From the NCBI GenBank assembly GCA_038087875.1, contig CM075986.1:14632001-14696000 (forward strand): a stretch of DNA of 64,000 nucleotides, read 5' to 3'. A program made the position numbers and the translations under genes. Positions 21,973 to 35,389 of the stretch are shown here, in pieces (position 1 is the first letter of the stretch; every line of letters starts with the position of its first letter). The stretch is from Malacoraja senta. Taxonomy: Eukaryota. The notes below the pieces were generated by a model that was not told the DNA's origin, did not search any database, and saw nothing but the letters and a program-made list of their open reading frames with translations.

Positions 21973-24909
21973 ATGCGGGCGGAAGCAATAGGTAGCAAGG
22001 TGAAAAGTAAAAGTGGCAGGCAGACAAATCCAGGGCAAAAATCAAAAAGGGCTTCTTTTCAACATAATTGTATAAGGGGTAAGATCATTGTAAAAACAAG
22101 CCTGAAGGCTTTGTGTCTCAATGCAAGGAGCATTCGTAATAAGGTGGATGAGTTGAACGTGCAGATAGCTATTAATGATTATGATATAGTTGGGATCACG
22201 GAGACATGGCTCCAGGGTGACCAAGGCTGGGAGCTGAACATCCAGGGATATTCAATATTCAGGAGGGATAGAGAGAAAGGAAAAGGAGGTGGGGTAGCGT
22301 TGCTGGTTAGAGAGGAGATTAACGCAGTGGAAAGGAAGGACATTAGCTTGGAGGATGTGGAATTGGTATGGGTAGAGCTGCGAAACACTAAGGGGCAGAA
22401 AACACTGGTGGGTGTTGTGTACAGGCCACCTAGCAGTAGTAGTGAAGTTGGGGATGGCATCAAACAGGAAATTAGAAATGCGTGCAACAAAGGCAAAACA
22501 GTTATAATGGGTGACTTCAATCTACATATAGATTGGGTGAATCAAATTGGCAGGGGTGCTGAGGAAGAGGATTTCTTGGAATGTATGCGGGATAGTTATC
22601 TAAACCAACATGTAGAGGAACCAACGAGAGAGCAGGCTATTCTAGACTGGGTATTGAGTAATGAGGAAGGGTTAGTTAGCAGTCTTGTTGTGCGTGCCCC
22701 CTTGGGCAAGAGTGACCATAATATGGTTGAGTTCTTCATTAGGATGGAGAGTGACATTGTTAATTCAGAAACAACGGTTCTGAACTTAAAGAAAGGTAAC
22801 TTTGAGGGTATGAGATGTGAATTGGCCAAGATTGACTGGCAATTAGTTCTAAAAGGGTTGACGGTGGATATGCAATGGAAGGCATTTAAAGACTGCATGG
22901 ATGAACTACAAAAATTGTTCATCCCAGTTTGGCAAAAGAATAAATCAGGGAAGGTAGCGCATCCGTGGATAACAAGGGAAATCAGGGATAGTATCAAAGC
23001 AAAAGATGATGCGTACAAATTAGCCAGAAAAAGCAGCATACCAGAGGACTGGGAGAAATTCAGAGACCAGCAGAGGAGGACAAAGGACTTAATTAGGAAA
23101 GGGAAAATAGATTATGAAAGAAAACTGGCAGGGAACATAAAAACTGACTGCAAAAGTTTTTATAGATATGTGAAGAGAAAGAGATTAGTTAAAACAAATG
23201 TAGGTCCCTTGCAGTCAGAAACAGGAGAATTGATCATGGGGAACAAGGATATGGCGGACCAATTGAATAACTACTTTGGTTCCGTCTTCACTAAGGAAGA
23301 CATAAATAATCTGCCGGAAATAGCAGGGGGCCGCGGGTCAAAGGAGATGGAGGAACTGAGTGAAATCCAGGTTAGTCGGGAAGTGGTGTTGGGTAAATTG
23401 AATGGATTAAAGGCCGATAAATCACCAGGGCCAGATAGGCTGCATCCCAGAGTACTTAAGGAAGTAGCTCCAGAAATAGTGGATGCATTAGTGATAATTT
23501 TTCAAAACTCTTTAGATTCTGGAGTAGTTCCTGAGGATTGGAGGGTAGCAAACGTAACCCCACTTTTTAAGAAGGGAGGGAGAGAGAAAACGGGGAATTA
23601 CAGACCAGTTAGTCTAACATCGGTAGTGGGGAAACTGCTAGAGTCAGTTATTAAAGATGGGATAGCAGCACATTTGGAAAGTGGTGAAATCACTGGACAA
23701 AGTCAGCATGGATTTACGAAAGGTAAATAGTGTCTGACGAATCTTATAGAATTTTTCGAGGATGTAACTAGTAGAGTGGATAGGGGAGAACCAGTGGATG
23801 TGTTGTATCTGGACTTTCAGAAGGCTTTCGACAAGGTACCACATAAGAGATTAGTATACAAACTTAAATCACACGGTATTGGGGGTTCAGTATTGATGTG
23901 GATAGAGAACTGGCTGGCAAACAGGAAGCAAAGAGTAGGAGTAAACGGGTCCTTTTCACAATGGCAGGCAGTGACTAGTGAGGTACCGCAAGGCTCAGTG
24001 CTGGGACCCCAGCTATTTACAATTTATATTAATGACCTGGATGAGGGAATTGAAAGCTACATCTTCAAGTTTGCGGATGACACTAAGCTGGGGGGCAGTG
24101 TTAGCTGTGAGGAGGATGCTAGGAGACTGCAAGGTGACTTGGATAGGCTGGATGAGTGGGCAAATGTTTGGCAGATGCAGTATAATGTGGATAAATGTGA
24201 GGTTATCCACTTTGGTGGCAAAAACAGGAAAGCAGACTATTATCTAAATGGTGGCTGATTAGGAAATGGGGAGATGCAGCGAGACCTGGGTGTCATGGTA
24301 CACCAGTCATTGAAAGTAGGCATGCAGGTGCAGCAGGCAGTGAAGAAAGCGAATGGTATGTTAGCTTTCATAGCAAAAGGATTTGAGTATAGGAGCAGGG
24401 AGGTTCTACTGCAGTTGTACAGGGTCTTGGTGAGACCACACCTGGAGTATTGCGTACAGTTTTGGTCTCCAAATCTGAGGAAGGACATTATAGCCATAGA
24501 GGGAGTGCAGAGAAGGTTCACCAGACTGATTCCTGGGATGTCAGGACTTTCATATGAAGAAAGACTGGATAGACTTGGCTTATACTCGCTAGAATTTAGG
24601 AGATTGAGAGGGGATCTTATAGAAACGTACAAAATTCTTATGGGGTTGGACAGGCTAGATGCAGGAAGATTGTTCCCGATGTTGGGGAAGTCCAGGGCAA
24701 GGGGTCACAGCTTAAGGATAAGGGGGAAATCCTTTAAGACCGAGATGAGGAAAAACTTTTTCACACAGAGAGTGGTGAATCTCTGGAACTCTCTGCCACA
24801 GAGGGTAGTTGAGGCCAGTTCATTGGCTATATTTAAGAGGGAGTTAGATGTGGCCCTTGTGGCTAAAGGGATCAGTGGGTATGGAGAGAAGGCAGGTACG
24901 GGATACTGA
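21973..24909 (+). pseudogene. CR1 ORF2 (AP endonuclease + reverse transcriptase) with two premature stops
   Basis: NARSIRNK, ITETWL, GDFN, SDH; DFQKAFD, VPQGSVLGP, FADD. In-frame TAG 23728-23730 and TGA 24256-24258; no frameshift. Confidence 0.93.
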
Positions 24910-26384
24910 GTTGGATGATCAGCCATGATCATATTGAATGGCGGTGCAGGCTCGAAGGGCCGAATGGCCTACTCCTGCACCTATTTTCTATGTATCTATG
25001 TATCTATGTATCAGCAGAGGATCGACCCTGTTGTACGTGAGCGCGCCGTTAAGTGGAAAAGTATCAACTTTTGGCGTGCCACTGGTTGAAGGTCAAATTT
25101 CAGCTAACTGAATCTCTAATTGAAGATCAAGGGATTCTTGAGCTAATATTCATGCTGCTTGGCCCTGCATGCTGAGTGCTTGGTTTCTCAGGCAACAGCC
25201 CACTGATCAATAGGGTTATCTGAAATGCTGCGGATTACGCTTTCCACTAGATCTGTGCTTCAAATGCTGCAGCAGATCCAAATATTTAACTGTTGCGCAG
25301 AAAGGCAGCAACTGAGAGCGGCAGAAGGTCAGAGCCCATCAGCAGGGCATTCAACCTTTCTGCCTGTACTGGCCCCTTTGAAAGAGCAGTCGATTTAAAA
25401 GCAGCACCATGCCCTTCCCCTGATGATGTTGCTTGATGTTTCATTCAAATATTCATGTGTTTTTTTCCAAGTGTCCAGTTATTTTTTTTTTGGTGATTTA
25501 CCCATGGGAGGAAGCAGGACAACATTTGGCCTCCAAAACCTGAACCCTCAAATGTTACCTGAACTTCTGACTGAAGAACACCACCTCTGACATGGCACCA
25601 CTCTCTCACTATCAAGCTGATCACTGTGCAGCCCGGAACCACTACAAAAATGCTGTTTGGGTTTCTGAAACGATGACCCCAGCTGACAATATTTCATTTG
25701 GGCTTGTCTTTCAATACAAGAGCTCATGAGATGTGATGTGCAAACTAAGATATAACATTTATTGTCACTATTCCATCAGATGCTTCAGAGGAGCAATTAA
25801 ACTCAGGTAGCAATTCAAGTGTGATCTCTTATTAATAACTACCCTTCGAGCTTTGCTTCACTTTGTTTCTGATGCTAACTCAATTTCAGAAATACTTACT
25901 CAATATTTCAACTTAAGCTGAAATCACGATTTCAACATGTTAAGTTGATATTAGTAGTATTAATATTATTATGAATGTTCATTCGGGATTAATTACTCTG
26001 CTGGGTGTCAGATGGAACAGTAACATTTAAAACTAAGAGCAACATCCATTATTCTGTCGGGGTAATTGTTGGTGCTTGGTCACATGTTCTCTACGAGGAC
26101 AGATTTACATCGAAGTGTATTTTCCAAGTTGAAGGATAAGCTCTTCTCTCTGGAAAAAAAAACCATTTAAAGAGAAAGTGGCTCTTTTAAAAAATGAAAA
26201 TTGCAATCCCAGTGATTTCCCCATAGACTGGCATCAAAGACCAGCGTGACCTAATCCTTATTTAAAGTGGACAATCTAGTTGAGGTCACTGAATATCCAG
26301 GAGAAAATCTACCCTATTTCCCCTCTCCCTTGCCTGGGAACCACATAAAACTCTAATATTCTGTATCCAGCTATCCTGAAATTA

Positions 26385-26690
26385 CAGACACAAGGAACTG
26401 TAAGTGCTGGAAACTTGAGCAAAGGACAAAGTGCTGGAGGAACACAATTGGTCAGGCAGGATCTGTGGAGGGAAATAGACAAGCGATGTTCCTCCAGCAT
26501 GTGGAAAGAAAGAAATTGCAGAAGCTGGTTTATACCCAAGTGCTGGAATAACTCAGCGGGGCTAGCAGCATTTCTGGAGAAAAAGGATAGGTGGTATTTC
26601 GGGCCGGGAATTTTTGGAGGGTCCTGACCCGAAACGTCACTTATCCATGTTCCTCCAGCACTTTGCTTTTTTTTATTATTCCGAAATCCC
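26385..26690. mobile_element. Nested/fold-back Penelope-terminus elements
   Basis: Two adjacent termini, including gggtcctgacccgaaacgtcac. Confidence 0.7.
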
Positions 26691-26739
26691 AATAGTTTAA
26701 CCCTTGGCTCACCAGATGATGATTCCCTCAATCCCTTTC

Positions 26740-28210
26740 ACATAACCGAGATCCGATTAACACACTCACTTCCACTCCACATCAATTCCACTTCCCATTC
26801 CCATACCGACCTATCTGTCCTTGGCCACCTGCACTGCCACAGTGAGGCCACAGACAAAATGGAGGTACAACACCTCATATTCGCCTTATGTAAGCTACAA
26901 CCTAACAGGGTGAATGTTGAATTCTCCAATTTCAGGCAAATTCACTCCTTCGACTACTCGTCCTCCACCCCCATGTGCACCATTCTTTCCACAATCCCTG
27001 CACCCATCACCCAGTTCTTCGCCCCTCCTCCATCCACTTATCATTCACCATTCTCTACTATTAGAGAATGTGGGCGGCGCTTCGCGGCAGCGGCCCCTGC
27101 AGTCCGTCTGTCCTTCCTTTTATTTTTTTATTTTTGTCTCATCTAATGTGTAGTGGTTTTTATATTTTTTTAACTGTGTATATGTGGGGGTCGGGGGAAA
27201 CTTTTAATCTCTTCCCTGCACGGGAGACCCGACCTTTTCCCTGTGAGGTGTCCGTTGTCGTTGGGGCCGTGGAGCGGCCTCCAGCCGGAACGACCTGGGG
27301 GCTCCAGTCGCGGAGCCTGCGGACTTACCGTCGTGGGGCTGGCCGGCCTCGGAGTGTGGGGAGCTGCGGTGGCGCGCGGCTGCGACCGGGCTTCGGAGCT
27401 TCGGAGGCTCCAGCTGCAGGCCTGTGGGTGGTGACATCGGGTGCTCGCGGGTCCCTGGTGGGAGACCGCTGTTAGGTGCTCCCGCGGCGGCAGCTTCTCC
27501 CGCCCGTGTTGCGGGGCTGAAAATGACCCAGAGCGGGGCCTGACGTCGCCCGGCGTGGCCTTAACGGCCGTGGGACTTGCCATCGCCCGCCGGGGGCTTT
27601 AACATCGGAGAGGATGGAGAGCAGGGGAGAGACAAGACTTTGCCTTCCATCACAGTGAGGAGGAGATTCACTGTGATGGATGTCTGTGTGAATTGAGTTG
27701 GTTGTGTTTCTTGTAAAATTGTTTCTTTTTGTTGTATGGCTGCAGAAACCAAAGTTCCTAACGGAAAAATAAAGTTCATTGTATTGTATTGTATTGTATT
27801 GTATTGTATAGGTCCCCTATTTCCCCGCCACCTGATTCCCAACAACCCATCACTCCATCTCCGCTTCTCCATTTCATGCCCCACCTTCTTTATCACATTC
27901 TGCCACTTGCACCCTTTATCTTCTCCACTTATCACCTCCAGCCTTGGTTACTATCTCCACCTTTCCCCCATTTGACTCATCTACTAATCAACCCCTCCTT
28001 ACTGGGATCTATCTATCATTTACCTGCTCTTGCCCCTTCCCCTCACCTCTTTCCACCAGCTTTTTCCCCTCTACTCCATTAGTCTGGAGAAGGGATTCGA
28101 CCCAAAATATAATTTGTTCATTTCCCTCCAAAAATGCTGCCTGACCTGCTGAGTTACTCCAGTTCGTTTTTTTGCTCAGGATTCCAGCATCTGCAGTCTC
28201 TTATGTCTCC
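26740..28210 (+). mobile_element. Penelope-like element 3' end (GIY-YIG C-terminus + UTR), interrupted at 27062-27810
   Basis: NSTSHSHTDLSVLGHLHC..KMEVQHLIF...NVEFSNFR; pyrimidine-rich UTR; degenerate hammerhead at 28081-28110. Confidence 0.8.
27062..27810 (+). mobile_element. GC/CpG-rich non-autonomous retro-insertion ending AATAAA-(ATTGT)n
   Basis: CpG-dense body, 13-bp stem-loop 27646-27680, microsatellite tail; related tail on the minus strand at ~38050-38175. Confidence 0.65.
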
Positions 28211-28652
28211 ATTTTGTCGTGCAAATGTAGTTGCCCCCTATTCATGGCCATAATCATGGAAGAAGGCCCTTCAGCCCATCAAGTTCATGCTGATCGACAA
28301 GCACCAATTTTTACACTCATCCTACTCTAACACATTTTATTCTCCCTGTATTCCTATCAGCTCCCTCCCCCAGAATCTACCACACACCTACATATTAGGG
28401 TAAATTAACAATGGCCAGTTCCCCTGCCAACCTGCATGTCCGTGAGCTAAGGGAGAAAACCCACACAATTACAGGGAAAAACATGCAAACTCCACACTGA
28501 CAGTTCCAGAGATCAGGATTTAGCTTAGTTTAACTTAGAGGTACCTCATGGATATCTGTCTAGAGGAGCAAAGGGCTTAAGAAGAGAAGAAGCACCTCAT
28601 GGAAACAGGCCCTTCGGTCACACGCCAACCATTCACACTAGTTCTATGTTAT

Positions 28653-28892
28653 TGTAGCGGCACCTGCTGGTGCTCGCAAGTATCGAACCCTGTGGTCGGA
28701 ATCCGCGCGCACGTGAATCAGGGAGGGGTCGTGTTTTCGTTTACGCGCGGTTTTCAGGGCTCTGCCCTTCAGTCGTTGTGAGACCACTGTTGTGGTTAGT
28801 TGTGTTTGCGGCAATTGTTAAGACACGTTAGCGGTGAATCACATTGTGAATAAACCTGATCAAATCAACCGTCTGTTGTCTTCATCCGCTAA
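28653..28892 (+). mobile_element. Solo LTR (240 bp)
   Basis: TGTAGCGG...CCGCTA(c)A termini, internal AATAAA, 5-bp TSD gttat (28648-28652, 28893-28897). Confidence 0.8.
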
Positions 28893-28963
28893 GTTATCCC
28901 ATATTCACATCCACTCCCGCCACGATAGGGGCAATTTACAGAGGCCAATAACCTACAAACCCA

Positions 28964-29057
28964 AGGTACACAAAAATGCTGGAGAAACTCAGCGGGTGCA
29001 GCAGCATCTATGGAGCGAAGGAGATAGGCAACATTTCGGGCCGAAACCCTTCTTCAG
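28964..29057 (-). mobile_element. ~94-bp Penelope-terminus/hammerhead insertion
   Basis: 13-bp TSD acctacaaaccca (28951-28963, 29058-29070). Confidence 0.9.
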
Positions 29058-29949
29058 ACCTACAAACCCACATGTCCTTGAGACAAACGTAGGGGAAAAC
29101 TGGAGCACCCAGAGGATCCCCACCCCGTCACAGTGCAAACACTACAAAGACAGCAACTGAGGTCAGGATTGAACCTGGGTCTCTGGTGCTGTGAGGCAGC
29201 ATCTTTACTTGCTGTGTTACTGTGCTGCCCTTAAATTGAACCCGGGTCACAGGAGACTGAGACATTAGCTCCATCAGTGGCACCAAGTGCCACCTGCCAG
29301 CCTATTTTTAATATCATGAAACATAATCTGCAGATTCATTGCCAAGATTTGGCAGGTAGTGATGGGTTTGGACGGCAATGTGTGGTGTTGGAATGATGCG
29401 TGCATTATATGAGTGAAACATACATTCTCATGATCAGGATTAATGCCAATTAATTTGGAAATAATGCTGTTTTTTGGGGGTCAGAGATGCAAGTCGCCAA
29501 CAAAGGAAAGCAAATTACCATCAAGAACAGGTTCAGCATAGGTTGAACATTTGTATTGTTGTATTGTTTAGTTTAATTTGTAAGGAAGTGAATGTTTTAA
29601 AATCCATAATGGTATGTTGTTTTGATATAGATCCAGGCTGCTATGGAGTCTCCAGGACTGATAAAGGCTAAAAATTAATTCAAGGTAATTATGCTGTCAA
29701 ACACACAGCGCACGTTATAATTCTATGCATTTTAAACAAGGAAACATTGTCGGGTTGCTGTTTGTTTGGCAGCAATCTGAACTTGAACTCGGTTACTAAT
29801 AAATTTCTGTCCCTGAAAACATGGCTACAAATAACAGAACCTGGATTAGAATGGAAAAAATAATGTGAATGGTCATGGAAATTGCTCTGGATTGTCATTC
29901 TGACCCTGGACCCGAGAAAGTTGTGGGCCCCAGTCCACAGGATGTATTC

Positions 29950-30146
29950 GTGTGTAGGATGGAACTGCAGAGGCTGGTTTACACCGAGGGTAGACACAAA
30001 ATGCTGGAGTAACTCAGTGGGACAGGCAGCATCTCTGGAGAGATGAAGTGGGTGACATTTCAGGTCGAGAAGAAGGGTCTCGACCCGAAACGTCACCCAT
30101 TCCTTCTCTCCAGAGGTGCTGACTGACCCGCTGAGTTACTTCAGCG
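29950..30146. mobile_element. Fold-back Penelope-terminus element
   Basis: Inverted arms around gaagaagggtctcgacccgaaacgtcacc. Confidence 0.8.
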
Positions 30147-31064
30147 TCATATATTCATGTGGTTGTAAAGGTGGTGGATTCATTGTCCTTGCAAACCAGA
30201 GCTACAACTGAGCGAGGCCTGGAGGCAAGCACACTCCCTGAGGATGGAGATTGCAGAACTCGAGTCCGTTACTCATTCCTTCTGGGGTTTGTCCATCTTC
30301 ATCCATGGATTGTGCAGCACGTCTGCATAGGTTAAAGTGCTTCAGGCACATTGCTAAAGACAAAGTTGGCCTCAAAGACATTTCCGAGTCAAGACAATTC
30401 TGATGAGACCCCACTAGGACCTGTTCAAATTAACTGTATGGATTTATTGACAATGTAATCTCCTGTTCTCAATTAGTTGTCCCCGGGACTTACTTTTACA
30501 ATCCTCAAACAACCCTTCAATCAGCGTTAGGCGAAAAGAAAAAAATAAATTATCTAATAATCATCATAATTCAGTTTTAAGAAGTTTTCCGAATGAGCGA
30601 ACTGATTGCGACATTTCCAACATAATAACCGATGGCATTTCCAAAGTACAATGGCTTGAAGCAAGATGATAGTAACAAAACCACTGATGCATTAAATGTG
30701 AAATGCAGCCAGAGTTATCCCTACAATGCATGGCACAGGTGCCACGTTCTGCTTTGCTAACGCATACTAAAGCAGCAAACAACTCGCTGTCACCATGGTC
30801 ATAATCACAAGCAGTTGTAAAATGTAACAAGCACACACACGAGCTGAGCAGTCTGGAGGAAACCACTCCCTCAAAGCCCTGAGAGGAGTTAAATAACAAA
30901 GTGCTGGAAAAACTCAATGGGTCAGGCAGCATCTGTGGAGGGAATGGACAGACTATGTTTTGGGTCAGGACCCAAGAATCCAAATTGTCTGTTCATACTG
31001 AGTTCCTCCAACTCTTTGTTTTCTGCTCACGATCCCAACGTCTGTGGTGCTTGTGTCTCTTGAC

Positions 31065-31312
31065 AGGATTAGAATGGAGATGAGGAGGAATTTCTTTCAC
31101 CAGAGGGTGGTGAATCTGGAATTCATTGCCACATACGGCTGTGGAGGCCGAGACATTGCGAATTTTTAAAGGGGAAATTGATACATTCTTGATGAGTAAG
31201 GGAGTCAAAGGTTTCAAGGAGTAGGCAGGAGAATGGGGTTGAGAGGGAAAATAGATCAGCTGACTCGATGGACCGAATGGCCTCATTGTGCTCCTATGTC
31301 TTATGAACATGA
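31065..31312 (+). mobile_element. CR1 3' fragment
   Basis: EMRRNFFHQRVVNL remnant and tail. Confidence 0.8.
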
Positions 31313-33595
31313 ACTTGCTAAACATTGTTCCACAGAAGCCTCAGCATTTTCTTTCCTCCCTGGTGAATAAAATAGCATTTCTTGAACCTGTCTCTTAAAG
31401 ACAAGCTTGGCACTTTCTGAAACATCTGAAACCTATGGATTTCTTTAAAATGTAGCCCAGGTAAGAATAAGCATGCAGGTTACCCAATGGCACACAATTA
31501 TCCCCACAGGTAGAACACCTTGAAACAGGAATAGCAAATAAACTTTGAGACAATAATCAGAAAGGATAATATGCAAACCAGAGATCGCTGTGGGACGTGT
31601 TGATCCCGGTAATGATTGAATTTGGTGATTTTATGCTTGGACTGGGATTATTAATGATCTTTGTTCATGAATGAAAAACAATGGGTTACTCTGTCGCTCT
31701 CTGTGTTAGAGCTGCTTGGCTACTCCAACCCTGGAGATCCTCAAAGCCCATTTCCCCGCAGTCCCCTGACTCCAGCCTCTTTCATCTCCTCATTACACAG
31801 TGAACCATGCCCGGTACTATGGTGGATGATGAAAGGAATGACCCGTGGACCATTGGGAACACAACACGCCTGACAGCTGTGGGCCAGTGGGCTGGAAAAT
31901 CATTCACACACCTCCAAATAAATGTACTGAGCTGTTGCAAAGCCAGACTAGGGCAGTTATATGTACATCTCTGAGTGTTTTACCATCCCTTGGTTAATAT
32001 GTCTCCTCAATTTGGAGCTGAGATTCTCGCATTGCTCAGCGCATTTTTTTCCAGCGTTAAATTTCCCTAAATAACGTCAACAGAGGTGCAGCACTCGATG
32101 CAAGATGCTGGAGGAACTCTGCAGGTCAGGCAATATCTGTGGAGGGAATGAACAGGCGACGTTGCGGGTGAAACCCTTCTTCAGACCCGAAGCATCGCCT
32201 GTCCATTCCCTCTCCAGATGCTGCCTGACTCAAGTTCTGCAAATGATTTGGATAAGAATGCACGAGGCATGATTACCAAGTTTGCAGGTTACATTAAAGC
32301 AGGTGGCATTGTAAACAGTGAGGATGGTTATCAAAAATTATAGCAGGATCTTGAGCAGTTGGGCAAGTGGCTGAGGGATGGTTAATAGAGTTTAATGCAG
32401 ATAAGTGCATGGTGTGGCATTTCAGGAAGTCAAACCCGTGCGTATAGTTACAGAGAAAGTGCAAACAGGAAAGAAAGGTACCTGGGTCGCAATGTGGTAG
32501 GTTGGGAGATCAGGACTACACCCTTAGTTTAAGAGAGGGCTGTTCAGTGGTCTGATAACAGCGGGGAAGAAGCTGTTCATGTATCTGGCGGTATGTGCTT
32601 TCAAGCTTTTGTATTTTCTGCCCAACAGAAGAGGGGAGCAAAGGTAGAGGTAGTGCAATGGAGATTCAGCAGATTGATTGCTGGGATTGGGGGATTTATT
32701 TTATCAGCAGAGATTAAGGTTAAATCTATACTCACTATAGTTTAGAAACATGGGAGGTGATCTCATTGAACTTCACAAAATTATTACAAGGCTTGACAGG
32801 GCAAATATTTCTCGTGTCTGGGATATTTCTTGTGAATGGGATGGACCATTCAAGATCAGAGGAAGAAATTTATTCACAGAATTTTGTGATTTCTTGAGAC
32901 TTAGTGACTTAGTCATTTTTATATTTAAAAAAAGGTTCTGATAGATCATTAGGTATTAAGGGACATGAGGTCGATGCATGAAAGTAGCATCAGGTAAAAG
33001 ATGAACCAGACTGCACAGGGCAGCAGGGCTAATGTGCCGAAATGTTCTTGCCTTTATTTGCTAAAATACCGCACAGGAAGATGTTGCATTAAACCAGGGC
33101 TCAAGGGTGCTGCATATAATTATGGTTTTTGGGAACACTACCAAATATAATGCTAACAAATGTATGTTACAGCCATGGAGAATGTCAGAGACATTTTGCA
33201 CAGTTCTTGTGTTGTCCATATTTTTTCTCAGGAATAATTTTTTTTTTGATTAAAAAAATATCAGGCCTGACGGGATTGACTGCCCCTTGCCTCACCGCCC
33301 CAGTGACCATGGTTCATTCCTGACCTATGATTCTTTCTGTGGCCAAGTGGGTTTTATCCCAGGCCCTCTGGTTTTCTCTCTCCTCGCAAAGACGTGCGAG
33401 TTGGTAGATTAATTGCCCCTTTTGTGCAGGTGAGAGGTGGGATCTGGGGAGAATTGAGTGGAGATTAAAGTAGGGATTAGTTTAAGTGGCTGCCTGGTGG
33501 TCAGTGGGGATTCAGTGAACCCAAGAGACTGCTTCCATGCTGTTTGACCATGGCTAATAAATTGCCAATAGCTTAACCAGAGAAAGCAGAGTAGG

Positions 33596-34722
33596 GATAT
33601 TTCTACTACAAACCCACTGACTCCCATAGCTATCTAGACTACACTTCTTCCCACCCTGCTTCCTGTAAAGACTCTATCCCCTACTCCCAATTCCTCCGTC
33701 TACGCCGCATCTGCGCCCAGGATGAGGTGTTCCATACTAGGGCATCGGAGGTGTCCTCATTCTTTAGGGAACGGGGGTTCCCCTCTTCCATTATAGATGA
33801 GGCTCCCACCAGAGTCTCCTCTATATCCTGCAGCTCCGCTCTTACTCCCCCTCCCCCTATTCATAGCAAAGACAGAGTCACCCTTGTCCTCACCTTCCAT
33901 CCCATCAGCCATCGCATACAACATATAATCCTCCGACATTTTCGCCACCTCCAATGGGATCCCACTACTGGCCACATCTTCCCATCTCCTCCCCTTTCTG
34001 CTTTCTGCAGAGACCGTTCCATCCGTAACTCCCTGGTCACTCCCCACCCAAACCACCCCCTCTCCGGGTACTTTCCCCTGCAACTGCAGGAAATGCTACA
34101 CTTGTCCCTTTACCTCCCCCCTCGACTCCATCCAAGGACCAAATCAGTCTTTCCAGGTGAGGCAGAGGTTCACCTGCACCTCCTCCAACCTCATCTACTG
34201 CATCCGCTGTTCCAGGTGTCAACTGCTCTACATTGGCGAGACCAAGCACAGGCTCGACGATCGCTTCGCTGAACACGTCCGCTCAGTCCGTCTTAACCAA
34301 CCTGATTGCCCGGTTGCTCAGCACTTCAACTCGCCCTCCCATTCCCAATCTGACCTTTCTGTCCTGGGCCTCCTCCATTGCCAGAGTGAGGCCCAGTGCA
34401 AATTGGAGGAACAGCACCTCATATTTCGCTTGGGTGGTTTACACCCCAGCGGTATGAACATTGACTTCTCTAATTTTAGGTAGCCCTTGCTTTCTCCCTC
34501 CTTCCCCTCCCCCTTCCCAGTTCTCCCACAAGCCTACAGTTTCCACCGACTCCCTTTCTTTTTTCCGCCCCCCCCCCTCCCCCCCCGACATCAGTCTAAA
34601 GAAGGGTCTCGACCCGAAACATTGCCAATTCCTTCTCTTCATAGATGCTGCCTCGCCCGCTGAGTTTGTCCAGCATTTTTTGCCGACCTTCGATTTTCCA
34701 GCATCTGCAGTTGTTTCTTAAA
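33596..34722 (+). mobile_element. Penelope-like element (RT thumb, Cys linker, GIY-YIG endonuclease, 3' terminus)
   Basis: YYKPTDSHSYLDYTSSHP..SQFLRLRRIC; FPCNCRKCYTC; NLIYCIRC..LYIGET..RFAEH..HFN..E..GMN; one frameshift; hammerhead remnant 34593-34627. Confidence 0.93.
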
Positions 34723-35389
34723 CAGCAGGGATAAAATAGCGATTTTTGGTTTGGCAGGCTGTAAAAATAGGATTTTGGAAGGATCAGAACGTGAGCCTGC
34801 GCCACAGGCAATCTGTATCATTGGCATAGATAGGGGAGGAAATGTAATGTATCAAAGTTTGTCTGCTGTAGAAAGTTAGAAGGAAACGTTGTGCGGTACA
34901 TACAAAGAAACTGCAACAAAGACAAAAAGGTTAAGTGTGTGGGTAAGAATATGGCAGATGAAATGTAATGTGGAGAGATTGGAAATTGCCCAAAGAGATT
35001 GGGAAACCAGCGACGCACAGTATTTTCTCAGAGGTATAACATTGGGAAATGTTACTGTACTTGGATGGATGTTCTTGTACTGGAATCACGGAAGGTTAAC
35101 ATTCATCTGCAGCAGGAAGCCAATGGCACATTTATTACAAGGACTTTATTTTGATTCATTTGAAGATGAAGTTGTTGCTCTTGGTATTTATGGCCCGACA
35201 AGAGCTGACCTTGAGAAGTTTCTATTAAGCTATCTTTGTGAACTGCTGGAGTCCTTCTGGTGAAGGTGCTCCCACTGTTATACGAACCGAAAATACTGGA
35301 GGTCAGGCAGCATTTGTGGAAAGAGAATAAAGAGTTATTATGTTCGGCCTGATGCTGCCTGATCTTCTGTGTGTTTCCTTCTTATGTTT

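Larger units (their letters stand above)
20220..25012 (+). mobile_element. Near-full-length CR1 LINE
   Basis: Putative 5' UTR, ORF1, ORF2 (APE + RT), 3' UTR and (TATGTATC)n tail. The 5' boundary is approximate. Confidence 0.95.
28597..29230 (-). mobile_element. HE1-like V-SINE carrying two nested insertions
   Basis: SINE pieces rejoin after removing 28653-28892 and 28964-29057. Confidence 0.8.

Noticed and set aside
27068-27583. Overlapping 135/137-aa ORFs and CpG island as a gene promoter
   Set aside because: The ORFs arise from high GC content, and the segment is an insertion within a Penelope UTR.
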